Below are positions 49,055-59,207 of a DNA stretch of 64,000 nt, in pieces. Position 1 is the first letter of the stretch. Every line of letters starts with the position of its first letter. The notes under the pieces were generated by a model. That model was not told the origin of the DNA. It did not search any database and saw nothing but the letters and a program-made list of their open reading frames with translations. Made by a program: the position numbers and the translations under genes. The DNA is from an uncultured Armatimonadetes bacterium. Its GTDB lineage: Bacteria > Armatimonadota > UBA5829 > DTJY01. The stretch is from NCBI GenBank assembly GCA_963717145.1, contig OY970325.1, positions 4,224,001 through 4,288,000 of the forward strand, in the 5' to 3' direction.

Positions 49055-49759
49055 TTAGTCAGCTATGTCAGCCGGTCTGATCGAGCTGAACCTTGATTCA
49101 TCTTGAAGCATTCTGCCGAACGCCTGCATAAAGGTCTTGATACTCTGCACGACTGGCTTATCGTACTCCGTCAGTTCCTCTCTGACCCGTTTGGAAAGAG
49201 AGGAGTGTGGTTTGTAGAGAATATCGTGTTCGATCTCGCGGTAACGGTCAAGAATCCAGGGCACTACCTGGATCTCACAGACACACTGCAGTCCGAATCT
49301 GGGCGGAATTGGAACGCAATACTGAAGCTGATCGACCTCATCCACGTAGGAGCTATAGGGCTTGTTCCCACGGGCCGGTTTATGATCCTCAGTGCAGGAA
49401 GGATATGCCTTCTTGATAACATCATGCACATTCTTCAAGTAGGAGTTTGGGCAGACCTGTACCTTCACTCCCGCCATATCTGTCAAGGAGCCAAACGTGT
49501 AATCATCTAGTCTTTCAGGGTCGAAGAAGTTGCCTTCCTGCCGCTGCTGGAGCTTGGCAGACGCGCTGTCGAATGACTTGACTCTGCCGACAATCTGGAT
49601 GCGTTCAAAGGGCAAGAGCTGCGACCGCAGCCCAAGCAATCTATACTCCAAGGTGGCCTTGACTATGTCAACAGCATTCGCATACATACTGACGTTCGCT
49701 TGGTATTCCATCAGCAGCCTGTTCTGCACCAAGGTTGAAGTATCATCGGCTGTCAACAT
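49055..49759 (-). CDS. RelA/SpoT synthetase-domain protein (small alarmone synthetase-like, degenerate)
   Basis: GRVKSFDSASAK (RxKxxxSxxxK), TDMAGVK (DxxGxR-like), CEIQV, REIEHDILYK. Confidence 0.8.
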   Translation of the reverse strand: MLTADDTSTLVQNRLLMEYQANVSMYANAVDIVKATLEYRLLGLRSQLLPFERIQIVGRVKSFDSASAKLQQRQEGNFFDPERLDDYTFGSLTDMAGVKVQVCPNSYLKNVHDVIKKAYPSCTEDHKPARGNKPYSSYVDEVDQLQYCVPIPPRFGLQCVCEIQVVPWILDRYREIEHDILYKPHSSLSKRVREELTEYDKPVVQSIKTFMQAFGRMLQDESRFSSIRPADIAD

Positions 49760-49763
49760 GCGA

Positions 49764-50018
49764 CTAGGTAGCTTCCGTTAGCAGTTTGCCAAGTTCATTC
49801 TGGAGGGTCAGGGAAGGCGGTCTGTTGAAGTAGAACTCCCAACCATGTTTCCGCTTGGGTGCGAGAACCATGTCCGCGAGCTTGTCTGGATGATCCTCGA
49901 CGTACTCCAAACTGAAGCATTTCATGGTGACGCGGTTGACGAAGACATCCCTGTCGAAGAGGTAGCGGTACCCCTGCTGCTCAAGAAAACGTATAGACTC
50001 GCGTGTTCTCGGATCCAT
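49764..50018 (-). CDS. Small hypothetical protein (84 aa)
   Basis: GGAGG upstream; ends 4 nt before the RelA/SpoT-domain gene. Confidence 0.7.
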   Translation of the reverse strand: MDPRTRESIRFLEQQGYRYLFDRDVFVNRVTMKCFSLEYVEDHPDKLADMVLAPKRKHGWEFYFNRPPSLTLQNELGKLLTEAT

Positions 50019-50129
50019 CTGAATATGCCTCCGTGGACGAGCGGTTCGCCACCATCAACTATGCACGCACCCTATTCTAGCGCAAAAAACCGGAATGATC
50101 AAGTAGAAAGCACCATCCATAGGTGCTTG

Positions 50130-51269
50130 TCAGAGATCGCCCTGCTGGACGGTGACCACATCTTGTCCTCTCAGCGTGACATCATCCAGGTACTCGACGG
50201 CCACTCCCTGCGGCGCGAGCAAGTCGTGCAGCCGGGGAGCGAGTTCGACCATGCCGGGGCGCTCGGTCCAGAAGTGCGTCGCGTCGATCACGTTGATTCC
50301 GAGCGCCTTCGCTTCGAGGAACTGGTGGTGGTTCACGTCGCCGGTGACGTAGACATCCGCGCCCATCGAGTGCGCGAGGCCTATCCGCTTACTGCCTCCA
50401 CCGCCGAGCATCGCGACCCTTTCCACCTTCGACTCCGGGTCGCCCGCCGTGCGCGGGTCCGGGACGCGGAGGACCTCACAGACCATCGAGCAGAACGCCC
50501 CGAATGTCGTCGGCGACTCGAGCCTGCCATACAAGCCGATGCCGTGCACCCGCCCCTCGTTCGCCAGGGGATAGACGTCGTAGGCGACCTCCTCATATGG
50601 GTGGGCGGCGGTCATCGCGGTGATCACGTCATGCAGGCGTTCGTCGGGGACGATCGTCTCGAGCCGGACCTCGGGCGTCTTCTCCAGCTCGCCGACCTTC
50701 CCGACGTATGGTTCCGCGCCCTCAAGCGCCTTGAACGTGCCGGTCCCTGTGGTCTGGAACGTGCAATGCGAGTACTTGCCGATCCAGCCCGCGCCCGCCT
50801 CGGAGATCGCATCCCGGACGGCATCGAGCGCATCCTCAGGGACGAAGGTCACCAGCTTGAACAGCTTGTCCGTCCACGTCGGCAGTAGGACCTTCGTGTC
50901 CACTACTCCCATCTTCTCCGCGAGTGTGTCGTTGATGCCACCATCCGCCGAGTCGAAGTTCGTGTGCATGACATAGAGGCCGATCCCTGTGTTGATGAGC
51001 TGATAGACGAGCGACTGCGGGTACACATCGAGTCGCACGCTCGGCAACGGCTGCCAACTCGGGCTGATGAGCGGATGGTGCGTGATGAGCAGGTCGGCGG
51101 ACCGGCGCGCGCACTCCCGGACGATGCCGGGGGTCACGTCGAGCGAGACGACGATGGTGCGCAGGTCCGCCTCAGGGTCGCCGATCTGAAGGCCGATCGC
51201 GTCGCCCTCCTGAGCATATTTCGGCGGGGCGATCCCCTCGAGTATCGGGATGATGTCTCCCAGCTTCAT
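50130..51269 (-). CDS. Nif3-like dinuclear metal center protein (YqfO type with inserted PII/CutA-like domain)
   Basis: D.IGLQIG, LITHHPL, HTNFD..GGIND, KLVTFVP, HPYEEVAYD, TGDV.HH, H..TE. Confidence 0.95.
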   Translation of the reverse strand: MKLGDIIPILEGIAPPKYAQEGDAIGLQIGDPEADLRTIVVSLDVTPGIVRECARRSADLLITHHPLISPSWQPLPSVRLDVYPQSLVYQLINTGIGLYVMHTNFDSADGGINDTLAEKMGVVDTKVLLPTWTDKLFKLVTFVPEDALDAVRDAISEAGAGWIGKYSHCTFQTTGTGTFKALEGAEPYVGKVGELEKTPEVRLETIVPDERLHDVITAMTAAHPYEEVAYDVYPLANEGRVHGIGLYGRLESPTTFGAFCSMVCEVLRVPDPRTAGDPESKVERVAMLGGGGSKRIGLAHSMGADVYVTGDVNHHQFLEAKALGINVIDATHFWTERPGMVELAPRLHDLLAPQGVAVEYLDDVTLRGQDVVTVQQGDL

Positions 51270-51423
51270 GGCGCGCCTCCTCGGAACATCGATGCTGATA
51301 ACAGCATTTTCGACGGAATCCGCCCTTTCTACTCCTGACCGGCCAAACCGAGTCGGACGCCTATTCCCTAACTCTTAATTAACTATGTTTCATAACTCGA
51401 CCAGGCAGGGTATAGGACAGTGT

Positions 51424-51598
51424 ACAAGCAGGGGGACGAGGCCCCATCAACAACCCCAGGATTAAGACGACCGCTAGACCGGAGGCTTCACCCTCTCCTT
51501 CCCTCACACTGAGGGGAAGGAGAGGGTGACCAAGCGGGCGAGGGGGATGGCACCATAGGGTTGCCGCTGGGGATCAGGAGGGGCCTTCCTCCGCTTGG
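51424..51598 (+). ncRNA. Candidate structured ncRNA (~175 nt rod, 6S-like); strand uncertain
   Basis: Ends pair (caagcagggggacgaggcccc / ggggccttcctccgcttg), inner ccccag/ctgggg, apical hairpin 51488-51529; no convincing ORF. Confidence 0.25.
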
Positions 51599-51710
51599 AT
51601 TTGTGCCTCCTGTGCCGACCCAATGTTTAACCGCTGACCCGGCGAGACACCTTCGGCCAGGAGGCACATTGCGTCTCGGCCTCACTTCACTGGGATCCTA
51701 AGAAAGCCCA

Positions 51711-51827
51711 CACCGTCAGTCCTGAGTGCGCCGGTGAATGACGGCGTGTAACGAAGGACGGCTCGGTGCAGCAAGGCCGTCCTTCGTTACACGCCGTCAT
51801 TCACCGGCGCACTCAGGACTGACGGTG
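51711..51827. repeat. Perfect 52-bp inverted repeat, 13-nt loop
   Basis: 51711-51762 is the exact reverse complement of 51776-51827. Confidence 0.95.
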
Positions 51828-51914
51828 GTTTCCGCCAGAAACAACTACGCAAACTGCGTAGTGACTTGCTCAGAATGACACCCGCGTAGCGCAACTTCCA
51901 ACAATCGTGAACTC

Positions 51915-52361
51915 CTACCCCTTCCGCCGGGGAACAGTCGCATCGAGTATCAGGCGATGCAGGTCGGAGAGCCTGCTGAGGAGGCGACGAAGCTCCCTCA
52001 TGTCGCCCGGACTGATCTCGTCCTTCAGGAGCGAACACATCCACTTGGTACACTCGAACGGCCGGAGGTCGTCCGGGAAGACGCATCCATGCTCACCGAG
52101 ATAGTCGCAGGGCTCGAGCGCGTCATCGGTCGCGCGCCCCTTGAGCGCCTCGATGCACGCATCGACGAATTCGCGGGCGGTGGCTTTCGGCTCGATGTCG
52201 TACCCGGCCGCCCGGGCGAGGATCACATCGAAATCGCGAACCTTTGTCGGCTTTCGGCAGCAGGGTTCCGGGCACTCGGGGCAGAACCTTGTCGTATATG
52301 GATTGAGGCATTGCCTGATGCGTTTGTGAGTGGCTCGATATTTGTCGATTAGATTTGCCAT
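51915..52361 (-). CDS. Cysteine-cluster protein (YkgJ/CxxCxxCC-like)
   Basis: FCPECPEPCC, PCDYL...GC..PDDLRPFEC..WMC. Confidence 0.75.
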   Translation of the reverse strand: MANLIDKYRATHKRIRQCLNPYTTRFCPECPEPCCRKPTKVRDFDVILARAAGYDIEPKATAREFVDACIEALKGRATDDALEPCDYLGEHGCVFPDDLRPFECTKWMCSLLKDEISPGDMRELRRLLSRLSDLHRLILDATVPRRKG

Positions 52362-52481
52362 GGTCGGCGGTATCCTAACACGAAGCATCCCGGCCGTCAA
52401 CCGGGTGAGTGTCAAGGCCGCAGTTTCGGGGTACACTCCACATATGCAGTTAGCGATGAGGGTTACGGGAAGGAACAGCCC

Positions 52482-52874
52482 ATGCATGACCAAAGACTCC
52501 GCGTGGAATCCCGAAGGCTCGACGGGATTCCCTTACTCTTCCTCAGCGGCGAGGTCGACCTGTACACCGTGCCCGCATTCGAGCAAGCGATATCCGGCGT
52601 GATCGTGGACGACACAAGAGCTGTCGTGGTCGATCTTACGGAAATATCCTACCTCGACAGCTCGGGGCTCAGCACGCTGATAGTTGCCTACAAGAAGCTC
52701 GCGGCTCAGGGCGGCGACCTGTACGTAATAGCCTCGAGCAGCCCGCCCGCCGTTCGCCGCGTCCTGGAGATCACTCGCGTCGACACGTTCATCCGCGTTC
52801 GGCGGACAGTGGATGACATCCGGGAGGAACTTGGCCTGCCCCGCCCCGCGTCATCAGGCGGCACGACAGTTTAA
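52482..52874 (+). CDS. STAS-domain anti-sigma factor antagonist
   Basis: LSGEVDLYT, VVDLTEISYLDSSGL, VRRVLEIT. Confidence 0.92.
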   Translation: MHDQRLRVESRRLDGIPLLFLSGEVDLYTVPAFEQAISGVIVDDTRAVVVDLTEISYLDSSGLSTLIVAYKKLAAQGGDLYVIASSSPPAVRRVLEITRVDTFIRVRRTVDDIREELGLPRPASSGGTTV

Positions 52875-52952
52875 TGCCAACGCATGATGGGTATATGTGT
52901 ATGACCTGGAACGCACAGGGAAGTGGATCTGTTACCACAAGGAGCGAGCACC

Positions 52953-53321
52953 ATGTCTGAAGAACCGTATACCGAAGAGTGCTCCATATGTGTCGGCAAG
53001 ATGAATGACGTGACGATCATCGAGCTTGCGGGCGAGATAGACATCGCGACGGTCTCTCTGCTCGCGAAGGCGCTCGATGATGCCGTCAGGCACGGGAGAG
53101 GCCCGGTAGTGGTGGACGCCCACGATCTGACCTACATCGACAGCGCCGGCCTCCAGACGCTGCTCTCCTCGAACCGCAAGCTGGTCGAAACCGGACGCTC
53201 GCTCTCGATCGTCGGGTGCCACGGGATCTTCCACAAGCTGATGAAGATCACCCGCTTCGACGAGCACTTCACGATGTACCCCACCATCGAAGACGCCCTC
53301 GCGACCCTCAGCGCGGCATAG
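52953..53321 (+). CDS. STAS-domain anti-sigma factor antagonist
   Basis: LAGEIDIAT, DLTYIDSAGL, KLMKITRFD. Confidence 0.92.
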   Translation: MSEEPYTEECSICVGKMNDVTIIELAGEIDIATVSLLAKALDDAVRHGRGPVVVDAHDLTYIDSAGLQTLLSSNRKLVETGRSLSIVGCHGIFHKLMKITRFDEHFTMYPTIEDALATLSAA

Positions 53322-53349
53322 GGGAATCACGACGCCACAAGCCTCTGAC

Positions 53350-55341
53350 TCACGGCACAGGCGTGATCTGGGTCGCCCGAATCAACCGGAACAGGTTGCC
53401 GTCCCGCTTGTAGCACGAACTCGCGCCGGTGACCTTCACGTATGACTCGAATGCAGGCATCGAGAGCCCCTCGATCCTGACCTTCACCCCGATATACCCC
53501 GACCCGTCGTCGAGCTTCGAGCCATCGTCGAGGTAGAAGAAGCCGCTGTCCGTATGGGTCACTCTGCCCGAGGTCGATACGAGCAGACCGATGTTGTTCA
53601 GATCGGGCGCATCCAGGAATGTTCTGGTCCACGAGCCGCCATTCAGTACAAGCCGGTACTCCTTCTGGCCGTTCTGTCCCGCGCCTGTCGTGGGACTGTA
53701 GAACCAGTTCGCGCCCCCGATGGACCTGTTCAGCAGACCGATCGGAGCAATACTCCCTGCGCCGTCCGCGACGACCGTCAGCGCCTCGATGTACCGCTCA
53801 CCATCGGCGTTCGTGTTCATGCTCCCGGTGATGATCACCCTGTTCCCCACTTGAACAACGTGATCAGCCTTGCCCACCCGAATGCCGGATGATCTGTCCT
53901 CCCTTTCGATGTAGAAAAACCCGTCGAACTCGGCAGAAACGATGGCATCCTGGCCGCTGATCTGTGCTCCGTCGGCAGCAAGTCGGGCATCCGTGATGCT
54001 CATAACCGGTGACCACCACTCGTCCGCGCCCATGTCGACCTTGCGCCCGAAGATACGGCCTTCGCTATCCATGTCAAAAAGAGGTAGGTTGGCAGCACCG
54101 TTCCAGCCACTGTTGATGCAGGGCGATGTCGGAAGGAGATGGTAGTTCCTATTTGCACGCTCAACGAACAAGGGATCTGTCGCGATATCCCCGGCCCCCG
54201 GTGAGATGCCCGAGTAGTCATAGCCAGTGTTGGCGTACACGCAGTTATTGCGCAGAGCTGGCGTTCCCGAGAACTGGACGATCTTGAATAACCCGGAGGA
54301 GTTGAAGGCTATGACATTGTTGACGAGTATGGGTGACGAGGAGTATGAACGCATCCCACCCCCATCATATGTTGCAACGTTCGCAACCATAGTATTGTTG
54401 GTAACTACCGGTGAGGATGAGTCAGTACATTCCAAAGCCCCGGCATACTCTGCACTGTTCGCCGTGATTGTATTCCCGGCGACGATGGGGGACGACGACT
54501 CGCAAGCCACGCCTCCACCAAAGCCTATGCTATTCTGTGTTATCACATTGTTGGTAATCTTGGCAGAAGAATGCCGGCAGCAGTATACTCCGCCTCCGCC
54601 TCCTGCGCCACTGCCAAGGTTCTTCGAGATGACATTCCCATCTATGACAGGTGAAGAAGCAGAGCAGTATATACCAGCACCGCTCCATGCCCTGTTTTCG
54701 GTTATGGTATTTCGGATGATCGTGGGATCGGAGGAGTTGCATGCTATCCCGCCTCCCATGCAGTTCGGGTTGTCAGTGGCGTTTGATGAGATCACGCAGT
54801 CTGAAATCAGAGGTGAGGAAGAGGAGCAGTATATCCCACTACCCCCGCCATCCCAATGGGATATGCGGTTTGCTGTGATCACGTTGTTGCTGATAGTTGG
54901 AGACGATGACGTGCAGTATATCCCAGCCCCGTACCGAGCTCTTCCATTCCTTACTATGAACCCATCAATAGTGGTTGCAAGTACCGCCCCAACAGGCGAT
55001 GTCACGACACTACCCGCTGCAGCGCCATCCAGAATCGTCACGTTGGCCCTGAAGTCGCGCTGATTCCTCGATGTCTCGGTGCCGAGAAAGCCTCCGTAGA
55101 GGCCGACGCCGAGCTTGAGGGTGATGCGTTCCACGTAGATACCCTTCGCGACCCAGACCTCATCGGCCGACACGGATGCGTTCAAGCCGGCCTGGACCGC
55201 GTGGTAAGCTGTGTCCCAGGACGTGCCGTCGAAGGTCGGGCCGGGAGAGTCCAACTTGACGTAGACGGTCTTGGCGCTACAGGAGAGCGTGCACAGAAGG
55301 AGCAGTGCGGCGATCAGGACAAGCGCTGGGCGGTGCGTCAT
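53350..55341 (-). CDS. Secreted right-handed beta-helix protein with C-terminal lineage-type domain
   Basis: Signal peptide, GTSWDTAY..VQAGL, repeated GGGIYC..SSP.I.NN.IT.N, DPLFV..YHL..SPCIN.G, DMGADE. Confidence 0.88.
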   Translation of the reverse strand: MTHRPALVLIAALLLLCTLSCSAKTVYVKLDSPGPTFDGTSWDTAYHAVQAGLNASVSADEVWVAKGIYVERITLKLGVGLYGGFLGTETSRNQRDFRANVTILDGAAAGSVVTSPVGAVLATTIDGFIVRNGRARYGAGIYCTSSSPTISNNVITANRISHWDGGGSGIYCSSSSPLISDCVISSNATDNPNCMGGGIACNSSDPTIIRNTITENRAWSGAGIYCSASSPVIDGNVISKNLGSGAGGGGGVYCCRHSSAKITNNVITQNSIGFGGGVACESSSPIVAGNTITANSAEYAGALECTDSSSPVVTNNTMVANVATYDGGGMRSYSSSPILVNNVIAFNSSGLFKIVQFSGTPALRNNCVYANTGYDYSGISPGAGDIATDPLFVERANRNYHLLPTSPCINSGWNGAANLPLFDMDSEGRIFGRKVDMGADEWWSPVMSITDARLAADGAQISGQDAIVSAEFDGFFYIEREDRSSGIRVGKADHVVQVGNRVIITGSMNTNADGERYIEALTVVADGAGSIAPIGLLNRSIGGANWFYSPTTGAGQNGQKEYRLVLNGGSWTRTFLDAPDLNNIGLLVSTSGRVTHTDSGFFYLDDGSKLDDGSGYIGVKVRIEGLSMPAFESYVKVTGASSCYKRDGNLFRLIRATQITPVP

Positions 55342-55563
55342 AGCGAGTACCTCCGAGAGAGAGCGTCCGGTACTGCGTGTTGCCGAATTGACATGGACGC
55401 TCTCATCATACCACCGAGTTTGATAGCCGTCAATCAGGGGCGGCGGAAACAGGTAATTGTACCTGGTCGGTACATCGGACGGTGGAATTCTTTTCAGATC
55501 ATGGTGAGATATGCTATAATGCAGTGTTTTCAGGCCCGGCGAGGCCGGAGTGAGAGGTTTCCA

Positions 55564-55938
55564 GTGCAAAACAACTACGCATATATCGCACTTTTCGCAA
55601 TAGTCGGGGTAGCTTTCACGGTCGTGACCATGTGGTTTTCGTGGCTGCTCCGTCCGAAGTACACGGCCACGGGTATGAAGTCCGAGTCGTACGAATGCGG
55701 CGAGGTCCCGACCGGCAGCGGATGGGCGCAGTTCCGGATCGGCTACTACATCTTCGCGCTCGTATTCGTCATATTCGATGTGGAGGCGATCTTCATCTTC
55801 CCGTGGGCCCGCGTGCTCCAGAACCTGAAGGCGAGCGGGCTCGGGCTCTTCGGCTTCGTCGAGATGATGGTGTTCATCGGCATCCTTCTCGTCGGCCTGC
55901 TCTATGCCTGGCGGAAGGGGGTGCTGAAGTGGGAGTAG
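55564..55938 (+). CDS. nuoA: NADH-quinone oxidoreductase subunit A
   Basis: [37 protein letters not shown]. Confidence 0.95.
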   Translation: MQNNYAYIALFAIVGVAFTVVTMWFSWLLRPKYTATGMKSESYECGEVPTGSGWAQFRIGYYIFALVFVIFDVEAIFIFPWARVLQNLKASGLGLFGFVEMMVFIGILLVGLLYAWRKGVLKWE

Positions 55939-56414
55939 TCGAGAATCTGCCCGGGGTGATCACCACCAAACTCGATACGGTCCTGAACTGGGCGCGCACC
56001 TCATCGCTCTGGTACATGCTCTTCGGCCTCGCGTGCTGCGCGATCGAGTTGATGGCGACCGGCGCGGCCCGGTATGATTTCGACCGCTTCGGCATGATAT
56101 TCCGCGCCTCACCGAGGCAGAGTGACCTGATGATCGTCGCCGGCACCGTCACGAAGAAGATGGCCCCGAGGATCAAGCGCCTGTACGAGCAGATGGCCGA
56201 GCCGAGGTACGTGATCGCGATGGGCGCGTGTGCGATCTCGGGCGGGCCGTTCCAGGATTCGTACAATGTGGTGATGGGCGTGGACGAGATCATCCCGGTT
56301 GACGTATATATCCCCGGGTGCCCGCCGAGGCCCGAGGCGCTCATCCAGGGCTGCCTCAGGGTTCAGGAGAAGATTCGCAAGGAACGAATGGGGAAGAAGA
56401 AGGCCGAGGCGTGA
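55929..56414 (+). CDS. nuoB: NADH-quinone oxidoreductase subunit B
   Basis: [31 protein letters not shown]. Confidence 0.97.
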   Translation: MGVVENLPGVITTKLDTVLNWARTSSLWYMLFGLACCAIELMATGAARYDFDRFGMIFRASPRQSDLMIVAGTVTKKMAPRIKRLYEQMAEPRYVIAMGACAISGGPFQDSYNVVMGVDEIIPVDVYIPGCPPRPEALIQGCLRVQEKIRKERMGKKKAEA

Positions 56415-56878
56415 GCAATTCAGAGCAGATCGAACAGGCGATACGAAATCGGTTTCCGGACGCCGTGGAGTCCTCCACGGAGATCGGCGGCGTGGCGACT
56501 CTCACCGTCGGGGCCGCGTCGATCATCGACATATGCTCCTTCCTGAGAGACGATCAGGCGCTCCGGTTCGACTATCTGATGTCGCTCACCGCCGTCGATT
56601 GGACCGACCGATTCGAGGTGGTCTACCACCTCTACTCGATCCCGATGAAGCATTACGTGACCCTCAAGGTCAAAACGGATCGGGGGAATCCGAGTGTGCC
56701 GTCAGTCACTTCCCTCTGGAAGGCGGCGGACTGGCAGGAGCGCGAGGTCTACGACATGTTCGGCATCACGTTCGAGGGCCATCCGAACCTCGTCCGCATC
56801 CTGCTCGAAGACGACTGGGAGGGCTTCCCTCTGCGGAAGGACTATGTCACCAGTCCGGTAGGCGAAGAACCGACATGA
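56411..56878 (+). CDS. nuoC: NADH-quinone oxidoreductase subunit C
   Basis: [26 protein letters not shown]. Confidence 0.95.
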   Translation: MSNSEQIEQAIRNRFPDAVESSTEIGGVATLTVGAASIIDICSFLRDDQALRFDYLMSLTAVDWTDRFEVVYHLYSIPMKHYVTLKVKTDRGNPSVPSVTSLWKAADWQEREVYDMFGITFEGHPNLVRILLEDDWEGFPLRKDYVTSPVGEEPT

Positions 56879-57978
56879 CCACTATTCAGACAGAAACCAT
56901 TCAGATCAATATGGGCCCTCAGCATCCGAGCACTCACGGTGTGCTTCGGATGATCCTGACGCTCGACGGCGAGACCGTCGTCGATGCGAGGCCCGATATC
57001 GGCTACCTGCACCGAGGCATCGAGAAGCTGGCCGAGAACCGCACGTATGTGCAGTTCGTCGGACTGACTGACCGGACCGACTACCTCTCGGCGATGCTCA
57101 ACAACGCCGTCTACGCCATGGCGGTCGAGAAACTTGCCGGGCTCGAAGTTCCGGAGCGGTCGGAGTTCATCCGTGTGATTATGATGGAACTGCAGAGGAT
57201 CGCCAGCCATCTCGTGTTCGTCGGGGCGTTCGCTCTCGACCTCGGGGCGACCACTCCGTTCCTCTATGCGTTCCGCGAGCGCGAAGATATCATGGATCTC
57301 TTCGAGATGACGTGCGGCGCGCGGCTTACGTACAGCTACATCCGTCCGGGCGGCGTCATGAACGATCTGCCCGAGGGTTTCGATCAGAAGACGCGGGTCT
57401 TCCTGAAGAAGCTCCCGGGACGGCTCGACGAGATCGACGATCTGTTCAGCAAGAACGAGATCGTCTACATCCGCGCCAAAGGAGTCGGGATCCTGTCGCC
57501 TGAGGACGCGGTGAGTTACGCCGTGAGCGGTCCGAGCCTCAGAGGCTCCGGAGTCCCGATGGACATTCGCCGGGATCATCCCTACTCCGTGTACGACAGG
57601 CTCGACTTCAACGTCGTGACGCGTGATACCTGCGACTGCATGGCACGATATCTGGTGCGCATGGACGAGATCCGTGAGAGCGCCAGGATAGTCGAGCAGG
57701 CGCTCGATATGATCCCCGAAGGCGAATATACCGCCAAAGTGCCGAGAGTGCTCAAACCTGCGGCGGGCGAAGCCTATGCCCGCGTCGAATCGTCGAGAGG
57801 TGACTTGGGATGCTACATCATCAGCGACGGCTCCACGAGTCCTTACCGCCTGCACTGGCGGGCCCCATCATTCATCAACCTGGCTGCTGTGGGCGACATG
57901 GTGCGCGGATGGAAAGTGGCCGACACCGTGGCAATTCTGGGAACCCTGGACATCGTTCTGGGCGAGGTCGACCGGTAG
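56875..57978 (+). CDS. nuoD: NADH-quinone oxidoreductase subunit D
   Basis: [33 protein letters not shown]; no CxxC Ni ligands. Confidence 0.97.
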   Translation: MTTIQTETIQINMGPQHPSTHGVLRMILTLDGETVVDARPDIGYLHRGIEKLAENRTYVQFVGLTDRTDYLSAMLNNAVYAMAVEKLAGLEVPERSEFIRVIMMELQRIASHLVFVGAFALDLGATTPFLYAFREREDIMDLFEMTCGARLTYSYIRPGGVMNDLPEGFDQKTRVFLKKLPGRLDEIDDLFSKNEIVYIRAKGVGILSPEDAVSYAVSGPSLRGSGVPMDIRRDHPYSVYDRLDFNVVTRDTCDCMARYLVRMDEIRESARIVEQALDMIPEGEYTAKVPRVLKPAAGEAYARVESSRGDLGCYIISDGSTSPYRLHWRAPSFINLAAVGDMVRGWKVADTVAILGTLDIVLGEVDR

Positions 57979-57989
57979 CGAGGTGATAC

Positions 57990-59207
57990 ATGCTGTCATC
58001 TAGACCGTTTTGGATACTGTACACCATAACCATCATACTGGTAGTCTTCTGGGTGGCAGTAGTACCCCTGACCGAGTGGCGAATCGCCGATGAACTGGTT
58101 GGCAAAGGCATCGTCAATCTCAAGAGCGATCTGAGAGATGACGGTCTGATGGCCCAGTGGATGATGTTGTACCAGGATAACTACCTCATCGCCCTTGGTA
58201 TCACAGCCGGTATGTTCGTCATCGGCATACTGATGGGGTTCCTGCTGGCGTCGCTGACATTCAGGCAGATTGTGAGCCTCGGTGATCGGCTGCACGATAT
58301 GACCGCGGCCGACAAAGTCGCGGCCCTGTTGGGTCTGATCATGGGCCTGCTGCTCAGCGTTCTGCTGCTACAGTACATTCGAGACTGGGCCGGAGACTCC
58401 GGGCCTCTACTCGGAGTGCTCACGATTCTGTTTCTCGTCTTCTTCTGCATCTGGGCGATGATGAGCATGAAAGACGAGTTGCGGTACTACTTCCCCGGGC
58501 TGCAGCGCGATAAGGAAGAGCAGAAGGAAGTCCAGAAGCCGAAGTTGCTCGATACAAACGTCATCATCGATGGACGGGTTGCCGATGTCTGTCGCAGCGG
58601 ATTCATCGAGGGCAGGATATATATCCCGAGCTTCGTGCTGGATGAACTCCAACACATCGCCGACTCGAGCGATTCACTGAGGCGTGCGAGAGGACGCAGA
58701 GGACTCGACATCCTGAACGCGATGCGCAAGGAGCTGGACCTTGAGGTCAAGGCAGATGAACCGGTAGACCCGGATAACCCCGATGAAGTCGACAGCCGGC
58801 TCGTCAAGATGGCGAAGGACCTCGACGGCTCCATCGTCACGAACGATTTCAACCTCAACAAGGTCGCCGAACTCCAGGGAGTGCCCGTACTGAACATCAA
58901 TGAGCTGGCAAATGCGCTCAAGCCGGTCGTGCTCCCCGGCGAAGAGATGACGGTCATGGTGATCAAGGAAGGCAAGGAACTCAGCCAGGGGGTCGCCTAC
59001 CTCGACGATGGGACGATGGTCGTCATCGAAGGCGGACGACGGCACATCGGAGAGACGCTCGACGTCATCGTCACCAGCGTGCTTCAGACCGTCGCCGGCA
59101 AGATGATCTTCGCCAACATCAAGTCCGATCAGGAAGAAGAGGACCAGCTCATTGACCGCAACGTCCGCAATTATTCCAGCTTCAGGCCGCGGAAGAAGAC
59201 TAAATAG
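57990..59207 (+). CDS. Membrane PIN/TRAM-domain protein (YacL family)
   Basis: TMs, [41 protein letters not shown]. Confidence 0.93.
   Translation: MLSSRPFWILYTITIILVVFWVAVVPLTEWRIADELVGKGIVNLKSDLRDDGLMAQWMMLYQDNYLIALGITAGMFVIGILMGFLLASLTFRQIVSLGDRLHDMTAADKVAALLGLIMGLLLSVLLLQYIRDWAGDSGPLLGVLTILFLVFFCIWAMMSMKDELRYYFPGLQRDKEEQKEVQKPKLLDTNVIIDGRVADVCRSGFIEGRIYIPSFVLDELQHIADSSDSLRRARGRRGLDILNAMRKELDLEVKADEPVDPDNPDEVDSRLVKMAKDLDGSIVTNDFNLNKVAELQGVPVLNINELANALKPVVLPGEEMTVMVIKEGKELSQGVAYLDDGTMVVIEGGRRHIGETLDVIVTSVLQTVAGKMIFANIKSDQEEEDQLIDRNVRNYSSFRPRKKTK

Noticed and set aside
45000-51300. Prophage or integrative element carrying the mini-RNAP
   Set aside because: No integrase, structural genes, tRNA or att-like direct repeats were seen.
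51445-51490. c-di-GMP-I riboswitch (minus strand AAGCCTCCGGTCTA...GGGGTTG)
   Set aside because: The upstream GGCAAAC..GAAA..GACGCAA P2 element is absent.
56875-57978. Group 4 [NiFe] hydrogenase large subunit
   Set aside because: No N- or C-terminal CxxC nickel ligands; ends in DIVLGEVDR as NuoD does.
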